NCBI RefSeq assembly: GCF_947302755.1
Contig: NZ_CAMYWM010000001.1
Span: 625 to 64,624, forward strand
Length of the DNA stretch: 64,000 bases
Direction: 5' to 3'
Source: an uncultured Anaerovibrio sp.
GTDB lineage: Bacteria > Bacillota > Negativicutes > Selenomonadales > Selenomonadaceae
Part shown: piece after piece, positions 44,236 to 54,458 of the stretch
Layout of the letters: every line of letters starts with the position of its first letter
Numbering within the stretch: position 1 is the first letter of the stretch
Made by a program: the position numbers and the translations under genes
The notes under the pieces: generated by a model
What the model was told of the DNA's origin: nothing
Databases searched by the model: none
Seen by the model: the letters and a program-made list of their open reading frames with translations, nothing else

Positions 44236-44979
44236 ATGAAAAAAAAGCTATCGACAATGATAATGGCCTGCCTGCTGGGAGCCAGTGTGGCGGTAGGCAG
44301 CTACGGCAGTATGGCCCAGGCAGCCCCGGTTTCCGAGGATAAAGTGGTGGTTGTTACCGATGACAGTGGCGTGTTTAAGGTGGCTAAAATTAGACCGGAA
44401 AGAATAATGGAAGAATATAGACTGTTCAAGAACGATACCATTGAGCTGATGGCCCTGGGACAGCATGACAGTGCTGTTGACAAGGAAATAAGAGTAGGTG
44501 TGGATGGTATGGTCCAGGTGCCATACGCCGGTAATGTGAAGCTGGTGGGTCTTACCCTTGATGAAGCTAAAGAGCTTATTCATAAAAAATTAAGCAGATA
44601 CTTTAAGATACCAGAATACTATATTATTTTAAAATCCTATGGGCCCAGGAAGGTCTATGTAATGGGAAATGTGGTAAATCCAGGTATAAAGGATATGTCG
44701 GTAGATAATATGAACGTTTATGCGGCGATTTCCAGTGCCGGCGGAGTGGATAAACGGGGCCGATCCAAGCATGTCCAGATTCTTCGCCAGATAGATAATG
44801 CCCTGTATTTTAAGGAAATAAGTCTGGATGGATTTGTGAAGCAGCATGATTTGACTCAGAATATAGCCCTGGAAGACGGTGACATAGTGTATGTACCAGA
44901 CTCCGGCAAGGTGGTATGGAGCGAGGACATCGCACCATATGTCAGCATTTATTCGGTATACAGATCTATAACACGATAA
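44236..44979 (+). CDS. Polysaccharide export protein (Wza/Poly_export plus SLBB)
   Basis: Signal peptide MKKKLSTMIMACLLGASVAVGSYGSMAQA. Motifs YRLFKNDTIEL, VGVDGMVQVPYAGNVKLVGLTLDEAKELI, VYVMGNVVNPG. Confidence 0.75.
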   Translation: MKKKLSTMIMACLLGASVAVGSYGSMAQAAPVSEDKVVVVTDDSGVFKVAKIRPERIMEEYRLFKNDTIELMALGQHDSAVDKEIRVGVDGMVQVPYAGNVKLVGLTLDEAKELIHKKLSRYFKIPEYYIILKSYGPRKVYVMGNVVNPGIKDMSVDNMNVYAAISSAGGVDKRGRSKHVQILRQIDNALYFKEISLDGFVKQHDLTQNIALEDGDIVYVPDSGKVVWSEDIAPYVSIYSVYRSITR

Positions 44980-44995
44980 ATTTGCACCTATTTAA

Positions 44996-45058
44996 GCCTT
45001 CCCCTCTGGGGAAGGTGTCAGCGCAGCTGACGGATGAGGTTCATGCCCAACGGGAGTA
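44996..45058 (+). repeat. REP-like hairpin repeat, family B, copy 2
   Basis: GCCTTCCCCTCTGGGGAAGGTG, GTCAGCgcaGCTGAC, GGATGAGGT, CCCAACGGG. Confidence 0.8.
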
Positions 45059-45082
45059 CTCAAATGGCACCCCCATTAACTA

Positions 45083-45150
45083 GCCTTTCCCTCTGGGGAA
45101 GGTGGCACACAAAGTGTGACGGATGAGGTTTGCCTCCGAAGGGAACTCAT
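45083..45150 (+). repeat. REP-like hairpin repeat, family B, copy 3 (tandem with copy 2)
   Basis: GCCTTTCCCTCTGGGGAAGGTGG, CACACaaaGTGTG, ACGGATGAGGT, CCTCCGAAGGGA. Confidence 0.8.
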
Positions 45151-45184
45151 TTCTAATTGATAATCAATTTAAAGGAGCACGGAA

Positions 45185-46549
45185 ATGAACGACAAGCTTA
45201 AAGATGATGATGAAATAGAGATTGATCTGGGAAAACTCTTTGGCATTATTTTGGATAGAAAAAAAATAATGGGTGGTATCGTGGCAGTTTGCACCATTAT
45301 TGCTATGGTTATTTCCCTCATTATACCCCCAACCTTTGAATCCAATACTTTGGTGCAGACTAATAGTTCTGGTAAATTGGATATATCCGGGGCTTCGGCA
45401 GCCATGGCTATGTTTGGAGTAAGTTCTGGTGCTTCATCACCAACTATGAACTATATGGAAATGATGAAATCCCGTACAGTATTAGAACCAATTATGGACC
45501 AGCTGGAGGATATTACCCCAGAACAGCGGGAAAAAATGACAGCGCAGGGTTTTGCCAAGGGTAATCTTAATATAGAAAATGTTAAAGGAACTAACCTGAT
45601 AAACGTAACTGGAAAGGGGCGTACTCCAGAGGAAGCTCAGATGATTTCTTCCGCTGTGGTGGAGAATTTCTTGAAGCTGATGACGGAGATGAACCAGAGC
45701 AGTCAGTCCTTTATGGTAAAATTCCTCAATGAACGCATAGCTACAGCCAAGAAAGAGTCGGATGAGGCTTCGGAAAAGCTGGAAAAATATGCCAGGGAGC
45801 ATAAGGTATATGTACCAGAGGATCAGACCAAGGCTATGCTGGAAAGGGAAGCAATTTACAATAAAACCCTGGGAGAGTTAATAGTACATCAGCAGGCGGC
45901 CAGTGCAAAAATTGAGGCAGTCAGCAGTGAGCTGGGCAAGCAGAATGCCAATTTAGCTGCATACAATGTGGCTGATGGTGATGTGGTGGTAGCATTGCGG
46001 AATAAGATTGCGGCCCAAGAGGTAGAAATCGTCAAGCTGGAGCAAAAATATACCGAAGAGCATCCAGACCTGATAAGTGCCAGAGCCCAGCTGACTTCCT
46101 TGCGTGATAATTTGTCCCAGGAGGTGGCAGCTGCTGTAGCCAGTGGAACGGTCTCTATGAACCCAACCCAGGCAGCCTTGGTACAGGCTCAGGCCATGGC
46201 CCAGGTAGATATGGCAGTGGCCAAGGCCAGTGAAGAGGCTGTACGGGCCCAGATGGAAAAGGCGGATGCCGATATGGCCCAGCTTTCCGAAGATGCTTTG
46301 GCATATGTAAAACTGCAACGTGAGGCTGGGATAAAAAATGAGGTCTATGTGGCTTTGGTAAAGCAAAGTGAGCAGTCACGTATTCAGGCTACCATGGAAA
46401 GTATGGATATTCAGATAATAGATAAGGCCAATCTGCCAATTCAGAAGAGTGCACCAAGGAGAAAGCTTATTACATTAGGTGGTATGGGTATTGGCCTAGT
46501 GGTTTGCCTAGTTTATGGATTTTGGCTGTATAGGAAAGAAGAAATGTAA
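45185..46549 (+). CDS. Wzz/GumC-type polysaccharide co-polymerase (no tyrosine-kinase domain)
   Basis: N-terminal Wzz block (EIDLGKLFGIILDRKKIM plus a TM segment), a long coiled-coil periplasmic region, and a C-terminal TM segment (LITLGGMGIGLVVCLVYGFWLY). Confidence 0.7.
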   Translation: MNDKLKDDDEIEIDLGKLFGIILDRKKIMGGIVAVCTIIAMVISLIIPPTFESNTLVQTNSSGKLDISGASAAMAMFGVSSGASSPTMNYMEMMKSRTVLEPIMDQLEDITPEQREKMTAQGFAKGNLNIENVKGTNLINVTGKGRTPEEAQMISSAVVENFLKLMTEMNQSSQSFMVKFLNERIATAKKESDEASEKLEKYAREHKVYVPEDQTKAMLEREAIYNKTLGELIVHQQAASAKIEAVSSELGKQNANLAAYNVADGDVVVALRNKIAAQEVEIVKLEQKYTEEHPDLISARAQLTSLRDNLSQEVAAAVASGTVSMNPTQAALVQAQAMAQVDMAVAKASEEAVRAQMEKADADMAQLSEDALAYVKLQREAGIKNEVYVALVKQSEQSRIQATMESMDIQIIDKANLPIQKSAPRRKLITLGGMGIGLVVCLVYGFWLYRKEEM

Positions 46550-46552
46550 GCC

Positions 46553-47320
46553 ATGGCCTATCAGCATAAAATCGACAAAAATCAAATACCAAGTTGCAAC
46601 ATATTGGGCGTAAATATTGCAGCTATAAATATGGACTGGTTACTAGGATTTATTCACAAAAATATAGAAAATCTTTCAGGAGATTATATGTGTGTAAGCA
46701 ATGTACACACGACAGTTACCGCTTATGAAGATTCAAAATATCGTGACGTTCAAAATGGCGGTATTATGGCTATTCCAGATGGTGGACCTCTATCTACTGT
46801 TGGTAGGAAACGTGGGTATAAAGAGATGACACGCACTACAGGCCCAGATTTTTTAAAAGCTATTTTAGAGGTTAGTCCCGAAAAAGGGTATAAACACTTT
46901 TTTTACGGCTCTACCAATGAAACTTTAGAAAAACTGCGGGTAGAAATTAATAAAAGTAATCCTGGGGTAGAAATTGTTGGCATGTATAGTCCTCCATTCC
47001 GCCCACTGACTGAAGATGAGGATGTACAAATAATTAAAGTCATAAATAAAACAAAGCCCGATTTTATATGGGTTGGAATAGGAGCACCAAAGCAGGAACA
47101 ATGGATGGCTCAACACCAGGGGAAAGTACATGGTTTTATGGTAGGTGTAGGTGCGGCCTTTGACTATATGGCTGGCAACATAAAGAGGGCTCCAGCTTGG
47201 ATGCAAAGGAACAATTTGGAATGGTTATACAGGTTGGCACAAGATCCCGTAAGACTTTTTAGGAGATATTTAGTGACTAATAGCAAGTTTGTATGGAATG
47301 CAGTGATAAGGGGAAAGTAA
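46553..47320 (+). CDS. WecG/TagA/CpsF-family glycosyltransferase (GT26)
   Basis: Motifs [59 protein letters not shown]...LEWLYRL..DP.R. Confidence 0.85.
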   Translation: MAYQHKIDKNQIPSCNILGVNIAAINMDWLLGFIHKNIENLSGDYMCVSNVHTTVTAYEDSKYRDVQNGGIMAIPDGGPLSTVGRKRGYKEMTRTTGPDFLKAILEVSPEKGYKHFFYGSTNETLEKLRVEINKSNPGVEIVGMYSPPFRPLTEDEDVQIIKVINKTKPDFIWVGIGAPKQEQWMAQHQGKVHGFMVGVGAAFDYMAGNIKRAPAWMQRNNLEWLYRLAQDPVRLFRRYLVTNSKFVWNAVIRGK

Positions 47321-48552
47321 TGATGAATATTGCAGTGGCTGGAACAGGATATGTAGGACTTTCCTTAGCGGTATTACTAGCACAGCATAATCATGTTGTG
47401 GCTGTAGATATACTACCAGAAAAGGTAGAAAAAATTAATAAAAAAATCAGTCCAATTCAAGACGAGTATATTGAGAGTTTTTTAGCAGAAAAAAAATTGG
47501 ATTTAATAGCTACTACGAATGGAGAAGAGGCTTATAGTAATGCTGATTATGTAATTATAGCCGCACCAACCAACTACGACGCACAGAAAAATTTTTTTGA
47601 TTGTAGTGCAGTAGAGTCAGTTATCGATTTAGTATTAAAGAGTAGCGGTACTGCTATAATGATAATAAAGTCTACGATTCCAGTTGGTTTTACGGAAGGT
47701 ATAAGGAAAAAATTCAATACAGATAGGATATTGTTTAGTCCGGAATTTCTTAGAGAATCAAAGGCACTGTATGATAATCTCTATCCCAGCCGTATAATTG
47801 TGGGTTGTGATGCTGCCAGCAGAGATAAGGCGACAGTTTTTGCAAAGCTCCTACAGGAAGGAGCGAAAAAGAAAAATATTGATACTTTATTTATGGGATT
47901 TACAGAAGCGGAAGCAGTAAAACTCTTTGCCAACACTTACCTTGCTCTGCGGGTAAGTTATTTTAATGAACTTGATACTTATGCTGAGCAAAAGAATCTG
48001 TCTACTACTGACATAATTAAGGGCGTTTGTTTGGATCCAAGAGTTGGTGATTTCTATAACAATCCAAGCTTTGGTTATGGTGGATATTGTTTACCGAAAG
48101 ATACTAAACAGTTATTAGCCAATTACGCTCATGTACCACAAAATATGATAACGGCCATAGTGGAAAGCAATAGAACACGCAAGGATTTCATTGCTGATCA
48201 GGTGTTGAAAAAAGCTGGTTACTATGATTATTACAGTCGTGGAGATTATAGCCAAGATAAGGAAAAGGATTGTGTTGTTGGTGTTTATCGACTGACCATG
48301 AAAAGTAACTCAGATAATTTCCGGCATTCTGCTATACAAGGTGTGATGAAACGTATTAAAGCCAAGGGAGCTACCGTAGTGGTGTATGAGCCTACATTGG
48401 AGGATGGCAGTACCTTCTTCGGCAGTAAAGTTGTTGGTGACTTGAAAAAATTTAAGGATGTGAGCCAGTGCATTATTGCAAATAGATGTGACAAATGCCT
48501 GCAAGATGTGGCTGATAAGGTTTATACCAGAGATATTTTTTACAGAGATTGA
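47320..48552 (+). CDS. ugd: UDP-glucose 6-dehydrogenase
   Basis: [46 protein letters not shown] parallels E. coli Ugd. Also has [10 protein letters not shown]-type [15 protein letters not shown]. The start overlaps the WecG stop (TAATG). Confidence 0.9.
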   Translation: MMNIAVAGTGYVGLSLAVLLAQHNHVVAVDILPEKVEKINKKISPIQDEYIESFLAEKKLDLIATTNGEEAYSNADYVIIAAPTNYDAQKNFFDCSAVESVIDLVLKSSGTAIMIIKSTIPVGFTEGIRKKFNTDRILFSPEFLRESKALYDNLYPSRIIVGCDAASRDKATVFAKLLQEGAKKKNIDTLFMGFTEAEAVKLFANTYLALRVSYFNELDTYAEQKNLSTTDIIKGVCLDPRVGDFYNNPSFGYGGYCLPKDTKQLLANYAHVPQNMITAIVESNRTRKDFIADQVLKKAGYYDYYSRGDYSQDKEKDCVVGVYRLTMKSNSDNFRHSAIQGVMKRIKAKGATVVVYEPTLEDGSTFFGSKVVGDLKKFKDVSQCIIANRCDKCLQDVADKVYTRDIFYRD

Positions 48553-48575
48553 ATAAAACGATGGGGATATAACTT

Positions 48576-49670
48576 ATGAAAATAATGCCAAATAGAATGG
48601 ACAGAGGTTTCTTTAAATACCAAAAAGAATTTGAGAACAAGGCCTTAGCGGTTTTGCGTTCAGGTTGGTATGTTCTGGGAAAAGAAGTGTCATCCTTTGA
48701 AGAAGAGTTTGCTTCATATGTTGGTACTAAATATTGTGTAGGTTTGGCTTCTGGGTTGGATGCTCTTTGGATAGCCTTTAGACTACTCCACATAGGGGCT
48801 GGCGATGAAGTTATTGTTCAGGGCAATACCTATATTGCATCTGTTATGGGGATAACCATGAATAGTGCAACACCGGTATTTGTGGAACCAGATGAACATT
48901 ATGGTATGGATCCATTGGAAATTGAGAAGAATATTACCAGCAAGACCAAGGCAGTGTTGGTGACGCACTTGTATGGTATGGCTTCACGTATGGATGAAAT
49001 AGTTGCAATATGCAAAAAGCACAAATTGCGCCTTGTGGAGGACTGTGCACAGTCCCATGGAGCAAAATTTAATAACACTATGACGGGAAGTTTTGGTGAC
49101 ATAGGTTGTTTTTCTTTTTATCCTTCAAAAAATTTGGGGGCTTTCGGTGAAGGTGGAGCCATTACCACCAATGATGAAGGCATTGCCAAGGCATGTAAGG
49201 TGTTTAGGAACTACGGTTCTCAGAAACGTTACTATAACGAGGTGGTTGGCACCAATTCCAGGCTGGATGAATTACAGGCTGGTTTGCTGCGGGTAAGATT
49301 ATCTCACTTGCAAGATTTAACAGAAGAAAGAGTTAAATTAGCTCAAAGATATGATGAAGGAATTAATAATCCAATCATAAAAAAACCAGTACTTGCTAAT
49401 GGAGCTACTGGTGTGTGGCATCAATATGTTATTTCTTGTGAAGCAAGGGAGAGATTAATTGATTATTTAAATGATAAGGAAATTGGCACCATCATCCATT
49501 ACCCTGTACCACCGCATCTTCAGGAATGTTACCAATATTTGGGTCACCAAAAAGGCGATTATCCGATTACAGAAAAAATTGCAAATATAGTATTGTCCAT
49601 CCCAATGTATAACGGCATGACTGATGAAGAACAAGATTATGTAATAAATGCTATAAACGATTTTAGATAA
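48576..49670 (+). CDS. DegT/DnrJ/EryC1-family dTDP-keto-deoxyhexose aminotransferase (FdtB/QdtB/WecE-like)
   Basis: Motifs GLASGLDALWIA, FSFYPSKNLGAFGEGGAITT (PLP lysine), GTNSRLDELQAGLL. Confidence 0.85.
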   Translation: MKIMPNRMDRGFFKYQKEFENKALAVLRSGWYVLGKEVSSFEEEFASYVGTKYCVGLASGLDALWIAFRLLHIGAGDEVIVQGNTYIASVMGITMNSATPVFVEPDEHYGMDPLEIEKNITSKTKAVLVTHLYGMASRMDEIVAICKKHKLRLVEDCAQSHGAKFNNTMTGSFGDIGCFSFYPSKNLGAFGEGGAITTNDEGIAKACKVFRNYGSQKRYYNEVVGTNSRLDELQAGLLRVRLSHLQDLTEERVKLAQRYDEGINNPIIKKPVLANGATGVWHQYVISCEARERLIDYLNDKEIGTIIHYPVPPHLQECYQYLGHQKGDYPITEKIANIVLSIPMYNGMTDEEQDYVINAINDFR

Positions 49671-49687
49671 AAATATGGGAGAGAATA

Positions 49688-50107
49688 ATGACTTTAAAGG
49701 ATAGATGTAGGGTAATACAGTTCGCTGATTTTGGTGACGAACGTGGAAAGTTGGTAGTTATAGAAGGCAATCAGGCTATTCCCTTTAAGATTAAGCGTGT
49801 ATTTTATATTTACGATTCTGATTCTACTGTCGTTCGTGGTCAGCATGCCAATAAGGAATCTGAGTTTGTTTTAATTAATGTTGCTGGGCAGAGCAAGGTA
49901 AGAATAACTGACGGCAAAGAAGAATTCATTGTGGAACTCAATAAACCGATGATGGGGGTATATATTCCAAAGATGATATGGAAGGATATGTATGATTTTT
50001 CATCAGATTCAGTGTTGTTGGTACTGGCTAGCACCCATTATGACGGCAAGGAATACATTAGAAATTATGATGATTATCTAAAAATTATGGGAGAAATCCA
50101 TGATTAA
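49688..50107 (+). CDS. WxcM/FdtA-like cupin (dTDP-4-keto-6-deoxyhexose 3,4-isomerase family)
   Basis: DERGKLVVIE..IPFKIKRVFYIYD..VRGQHANK pattern. 139 aa. Adjacent to the aminotransferase. Confidence 0.7.
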   Translation: MTLKDRCRVIQFADFGDERGKLVVIEGNQAIPFKIKRVFYIYDSDSTVVRGQHANKESEFVLINVAGQSKVRITDGKEEFIVELNKPMMGVYIPKMIWKDMYDFSSDSVLLVLASTHYDGKEYIRNYDDYLKIMGEIHD

Positions 50108-51116
50108 TTTTTGCACTTTATTTGACAGCTACTACTTGGATAAAGGTATTGCTTTGTATAAATCATTGGAGCGTGTTAGTGATGATTTTACACTGTATAT
50201 TTTCTGTTTTGATAATAAGTCTTTTGAGGTATTAAATAAGCTGAACTTTAAACATGCGGTGATTTTACATCATTCCAGTTTTGAAACTCCTGAACTTCTG
50301 GTGAAGAAAGCTGAGCGCTCAAAAGCGGAATATTGCTGGACCTGCACATCGGTAATTATTGAATATGTACTGGATAATTTTGATGTTGATTCCTGCACTT
50401 ATCTGGACTCAGATTTATATTTTTATCATGATCCACAAATTTTATTTGATGAAATATGGGAAGCTAATGCAGATGTGGTAATAGTAGAGCATAGATTTAA
50501 AAATAATGCCTATGGCAAAAAGCTGGAAGAACGAAATGGTAAATACTGTGTTGAATTTAATTATTTCCGGCAAACGGATAAATCCCGCAAGATACTCAAC
50601 TGGTGGAAGGAAAGATGTTTTGAGTGGTGCTATGACATTCCTGAGCTGGACAGAATGGGTGACCAAAAGTATTTAAATAAGTTCAAGGAATTGTTTACCG
50701 GAGTTCACGAATTACAGTATTTAGGAGGCGGTGTGGCCCCCTGGAATCTGGAGCAATACAATTTAAAACAACAAAATGGTTATAACATCATAATGAATGA
50801 CAATAAAATGGGAGATTTTCATTTGGTGTTTTATCATTTCCAGAATATAAGGTATTTGCCTGGACGAAAAGTCAATATAAAATCCCAGACCAAAAACAAG
50901 AAATTGAAATATGCCATATATATTCCTTATTTAACAGAAATTGAGGACATACGGCAGATGTTGATTAAGGAATATGGTTTATCCTATTCAGATAAAGGAA
51001 TAGTAAGGTCAAGTAATCCAATAGTTGGTTTTCTGCAAAAACATTTTGCAGCATTCAAGGTTCAGACGTGGTCTGATGTGATTGATTTGGATAAACTTGA
51101 AAGTTACAACTATTAA
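50100..51116 (+). CDS. Putative GT-A glycosyltransferase (DxD, GT8-like)
   Basis: N-terminal FCTLFDSYYLDKGIALYKSL and the YLDSDLYF DxD motif. Family not firmly recognised. Confidence 0.45.
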   Translation: MINFCTLFDSYYLDKGIALYKSLERVSDDFTLYIFCFDNKSFEVLNKLNFKHAVILHHSSFETPELLVKKAERSKAEYCWTCTSVIIEYVLDNFDVDSCTYLDSDLYFYHDPQILFDEIWEANADVVIVEHRFKNNAYGKKLEERNGKYCVEFNYFRQTDKSRKILNWWKERCFEWCYDIPELDRMGDQKYLNKFKELFTGVHELQYLGGGVAPWNLEQYNLKQQNGYNIIMNDNKMGDFHLVFYHFQNIRYLPGRKVNIKSQTKNKKLKYAIYIPYLTEIEDIRQMLIKEYGLSYSDKGIVRSSNPIVGFLQKHFAAFKVQTWSDVIDLDKLESYNY

Positions 51117-51126
51117 AGTTATTTAG

Positions 51127-52302
51127 GTGATAAATTTGAAGAAAATTGCAATTATCTCAGCTATTAATACAAATTATGGAACTTTACTTCAAGCCTACGC
51201 CACACAGCAGGAATTACAAAAGTTGGGATTGGATACAGAAATTTTTTACTATACCAGTGATCCAATCAAACAGTTTTATAGGGTGTTTAACTTACCATTT
51301 CTTGTTACCAAGCTAAAGGCACTTAATGTGCGACTGGCGACCAAGCTTTGGCATCCGGAGATTTACAAGGAAATTTTGGTTAGGGAAAAAGTCTTTATGG
51401 ATTTTAGACTTAATAAACTGAGAATTTCATCCAAAATATCTTCAAAGGAAGAACTTAAGAATAAGGTTATAAACTATGATGGTGTGGTTTTGGGCAGTGA
51501 TCAGGTCTGGAATCCGCAGAATTTAGAGATGGATTACTACACTTTGAATTTTGTTCCGGATAATATTCCAAAGATTACCTATGCACCAAGCTTTGGCGTA
51601 GATATAATCCCTGACTCTCAGATAAAAAAAACAAGGGAATACTTATCACGAATAGAATATATTTCTGTTCGTGAAATGGCTGGCAGTAAAATAGTGAAGT
51701 CCATTACAGGCAGAGATGTACCAACGGTATGTGATCCAACTGCATTGCTTACCAAGGAACAATGGGACAACATGAAATCGGCTAAGAAATACACAGATGA
51801 TAAATATATTTTTTGTTATTTTCTGGGGGCAAACAAACAGTACAGGAAATTTGCCAATGAAGTTACCAAATTGACTGGGTATAAATTAATTGCTATACAG
51901 CATATGGATGAATTTGTCAAAGATGATCTGAACTTCGCAGATATAAAGCCATATGACGTGGATCCTGCTGACTTTGTAAATTTGGTGGCCAATGCAGAGA
52001 TGGTATTGACTGACTCCTTCCATGGCACTATGTTTTCCATTTATTACAGTATTCCATTTTTTACATTCAATTATGATATTCAGGGAAGCAAAAATTCTGT
52101 AAATTCACGTATTGATTCAATAATGAAGATTTTAGATATTGGCGATAGGCGATTTACCGGTACTGAAGACGTAGCTGAATGCCTAAAAATGGGTATTGAT
52201 TGGAATAAGATTCATTGTAAGTTGGATGATTTTAGAAAAACATCCGAAAGCTATCTTATCAACGCATTGAGGTCAGCCAATTTGTTGGAGAATACCAAAT
52301 GA
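51127..52302 (+). CDS. Polysaccharide pyruvyl transferase family protein
   Basis: Motifs IAIISAINTNYGTLLQAYA, LGSDQVWNP, SVRE, TDSFHGTMFS. GTG start. Confidence 0.7.
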   Translation: MINLKKIAIISAINTNYGTLLQAYATQQELQKLGLDTEIFYYTSDPIKQFYRVFNLPFLVTKLKALNVRLATKLWHPEIYKEILVREKVFMDFRLNKLRISSKISSKEELKNKVINYDGVVLGSDQVWNPQNLEMDYYTLNFVPDNIPKITYAPSFGVDIIPDSQIKKTREYLSRIEYISVREMAGSKIVKSITGRDVPTVCDPTALLTKEQWDNMKSAKKYTDDKYIFCYFLGANKQYRKFANEVTKLTGYKLIAIQHMDEFVKDDLNFADIKPYDVDPADFVNLVANAEMVLTDSFHGTMFSIYYSIPFFTFNYDIQGSKNSVNSRIDSIMKILDIGDRRFTGTEDVAECLKMGIDWNKIHCKLDDFRKTSESYLINALRSANLLENTK

Positions 52303-53492
52303 TAACAATTTACAAGAGAGAACAATGTTGTGGCTGTGAGGCCTGTGCCAATATTTGTCCTAAAGATTGTATCGAAATGGAAGCCGATAACGAGGGCTTT
52401 TTATACCCTCATGTTGATGAAAATAAATGTATTTCCTGCGGACTATGTGAGAGGGTCTGCCCATTCATAAACACCAATTTATCTAATGGAGTCAATCAGG
52501 GCCTTGCTATGCAGGCGAAAGACAAAGAGCTCCTAAAGGAATGTGCCTCTGGGGGTGTTTATAGTGTGCTGGCTAAGGAAATTACCTCTGCGGGGGGATA
52601 TGCTATTGGGGCAAGCATTAATAATGATACCGTAAAACATACTGTACTTAATGATTCAATATCTGTGGTATCCCACTCATCCAGTAAATACTCCCAGTCT
52701 AGAACATTCAGCATTTACAAGGAAACTAAACAATTATTGGAACGTTATCCAAATCATAAAGTGCTGTTTTCCGGAACCCCTTGTCAGGTATTAGCCCTAA
52801 AGAATTATTTGGGGCATGAATATAATAACTTATATACCATTGATGTGGTATGCGCCGGAGTAATGTCACCGAGAATATTGTCTGACTATGTTCATTATAT
52901 GGAAGGGCGAAAGGGTAGCAAAATTTCTAAGTTAAACTTTAAATTCAAAGAGTATGGATATGCTTCCTTTACAACAAAACTGTTGTTTGACTGCGGGGAT
53001 GAGTATTCACGAAGTAGACTTACGGATTACCTTATTAAGGTTTTCACTGCCCATATTGCGGACAGGCCATCCTGTGGTGCTTGTTTGGTCAAGGGAGACA
53101 AACGGGCTTCGGATATTTCTATATTTGACTGCTGGCATTTTGTTGAGCTCACAGGCAAAGATGATAATGATTTAGGACATACCAATGTGTTGGTAAGAAC
53201 CGCCAAGGGACAAGAATTGCTGGAAACATATAAGAATTGTTTTGATATGTATGATGTAAATTGGCAGGAAGCCATACATTGGGATGGCAATATGGTTTAT
53301 GGTATACAAAAGCACCATCCCAAAAGGCAGGAGTTTTTTTACCATCTAAATGAAGGCGGGCTTGAATATGCCATACAAAAAGTTATTCCTGTAACTTGCA
53401 GCGATAAAATCAAAGAAAAGTTAAAGCGGCCATTATATAAAATTGGTTTAATAAAGCTAGCTGGTCGTATTAACAAAAAATATTTTAGTTAA
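52299..53492 (+). CDS. FrhB/FdhB-like (coenzyme F420 hydrogenase beta-like) iron-sulfur protein
   Basis: Two N-terminal 4Fe-4S ferredoxin motifs (CCGCEACANICP, CISCGLCERVCP), then FSGTPCQVLALKN typical of the FrhB family. Confidence 0.65.
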   Translation: MITIYKREQCCGCEACANICPKDCIEMEADNEGFLYPHVDENKCISCGLCERVCPFINTNLSNGVNQGLAMQAKDKELLKECASGGVYSVLAKEITSAGGYAIGASINNDTVKHTVLNDSISVVSHSSSKYSQSRTFSIYKETKQLLERYPNHKVLFSGTPCQVLALKNYLGHEYNNLYTIDVVCAGVMSPRILSDYVHYMEGRKGSKISKLNFKFKEYGYASFTTKLLFDCGDEYSRSRLTDYLIKVFTAHIADRPSCGACLVKGDKRASDISIFDCWHFVELTGKDDNDLGHTNVLVRTAKGQELLETYKNCFDMYDVNWQEAIHWDGNMVYGIQKHHPKRQEFFYHLNEGGLEYAIQKVIPVTCSDKIKEKLKRPLYKIGLIKLAGRINKKYFS

Positions 53493-53507
53493 AAGGAAGG
53501 AAACTAA

Positions 53508-54425
53508 GTGTTAGCACCTGTAGTGATATTTGTATATAACCGGCTTGAGCATACCCAAAGGTTGGTAGAATCCCTGGCTAAAAACACGCTGGCAGCCGAG
53601 TCGGAGATTTTCATATTTTCTGATGCAGCTAAAAATGATAATGCCAAGCAAAAGGTAGATGCAGTCAGGGAATATATAAAAGCGTTGGAGCAGAGCAAAG
53701 ATTTCAAAAGCGTTAAGGCAATATATGCTGAAAATAATCAAGGATTGGCTAAGTCAGTAATATCAGGTGTAGACAGGATTATCCAAGAGTACGGGAAAGT
53801 AATAGTACTGGAAGATGATCTAGTGTTATCCCCACATTTTTTGGAATTTATGAACCAATCACTGGAAAAATACCAAAAAGAACCACGAGTTTTTTCTGTA
53901 TCTGGTTTTAGCCGGGATATTGAATATTTACGTAATCTGGATGTGGATATGTATTTTGCGGTTCGTGCCCAAAGCTGGAGTTGGGGAACTTGGTTAGACA
54001 GGTGGGAAAAGATTGACTGGGATGTTAAGGATTACAACAAGTTTAAGTATAGCCTATCTGCTCGATCGGCTTTTAATGCCGGCGGAGATGATATGTCTAG
54101 TCTGTTAGATCGACAGCAGTGCGGAAAAATCAATTCTTGGGCCATAAGATTCTGTTATGCCCAGTATAAACAAAATGCTTACACTGTGCAGCCACGGGAA
54201 ACCTTGGTGGGAAACTGTGGTCAGGATGGAAGCGGCACTCACTGCAACTATGTTCGTGAGAAGTCTGAATTGTCTCAGGAAGCAAAATGGGATTTGCGAC
54301 CATTTAGTGAAGACACAGAGATAAATGCCGAATTAAAAAGAACCAGGAAAAAAATTCCATGGTGGAAGTTGTTGGGAAGTTATTTGTTTTTTGTGGTATT
54401 AAAGAGGAAGGTTCCGTTTGTATAG
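53508..54425 (+). CDS. Putative GT-A glycosyltransferase (GT2/GNT-I-like)
   Basis: Motifs APVVIFVYNRLEHTQRLVESL and VLEDDLVLSPHF (DxD-like). GTG start. Confidence 0.45.
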   Translation: MLAPVVIFVYNRLEHTQRLVESLAKNTLAAESEIFIFSDAAKNDNAKQKVDAVREYIKALEQSKDFKSVKAIYAENNQGLAKSVISGVDRIIQEYGKVIVLEDDLVLSPHFLEFMNQSLEKYQKEPRVFSVSGFSRDIEYLRNLDVDMYFAVRAQSWSWGTWLDRWEKIDWDVKDYNKFKYSLSARSAFNAGGDDMSSLLDRQQCGKINSWAIRFCYAQYKQNAYTVQPRETLVGNCGQDGSGTHCNYVREKSELSQEAKWDLRPFSEDTEINAELKRTRKKIPWWKLLGSYLFFVVLKRKVPFV

Positions 54426-54458
54426 TACTATTAAGTTTTTGCAGGGGAGTGTATTTTA

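Noticed and set aside
44996-45150. Possible miniature CRISPR array (two similar GC-rich units in tandem).
   Set aside because: There are only two copies. The units are imperfect and themselves modular hairpins. The spacing is irregular and no cas genes are present. The same unit also occurs singly and inverted at 18493-18565.
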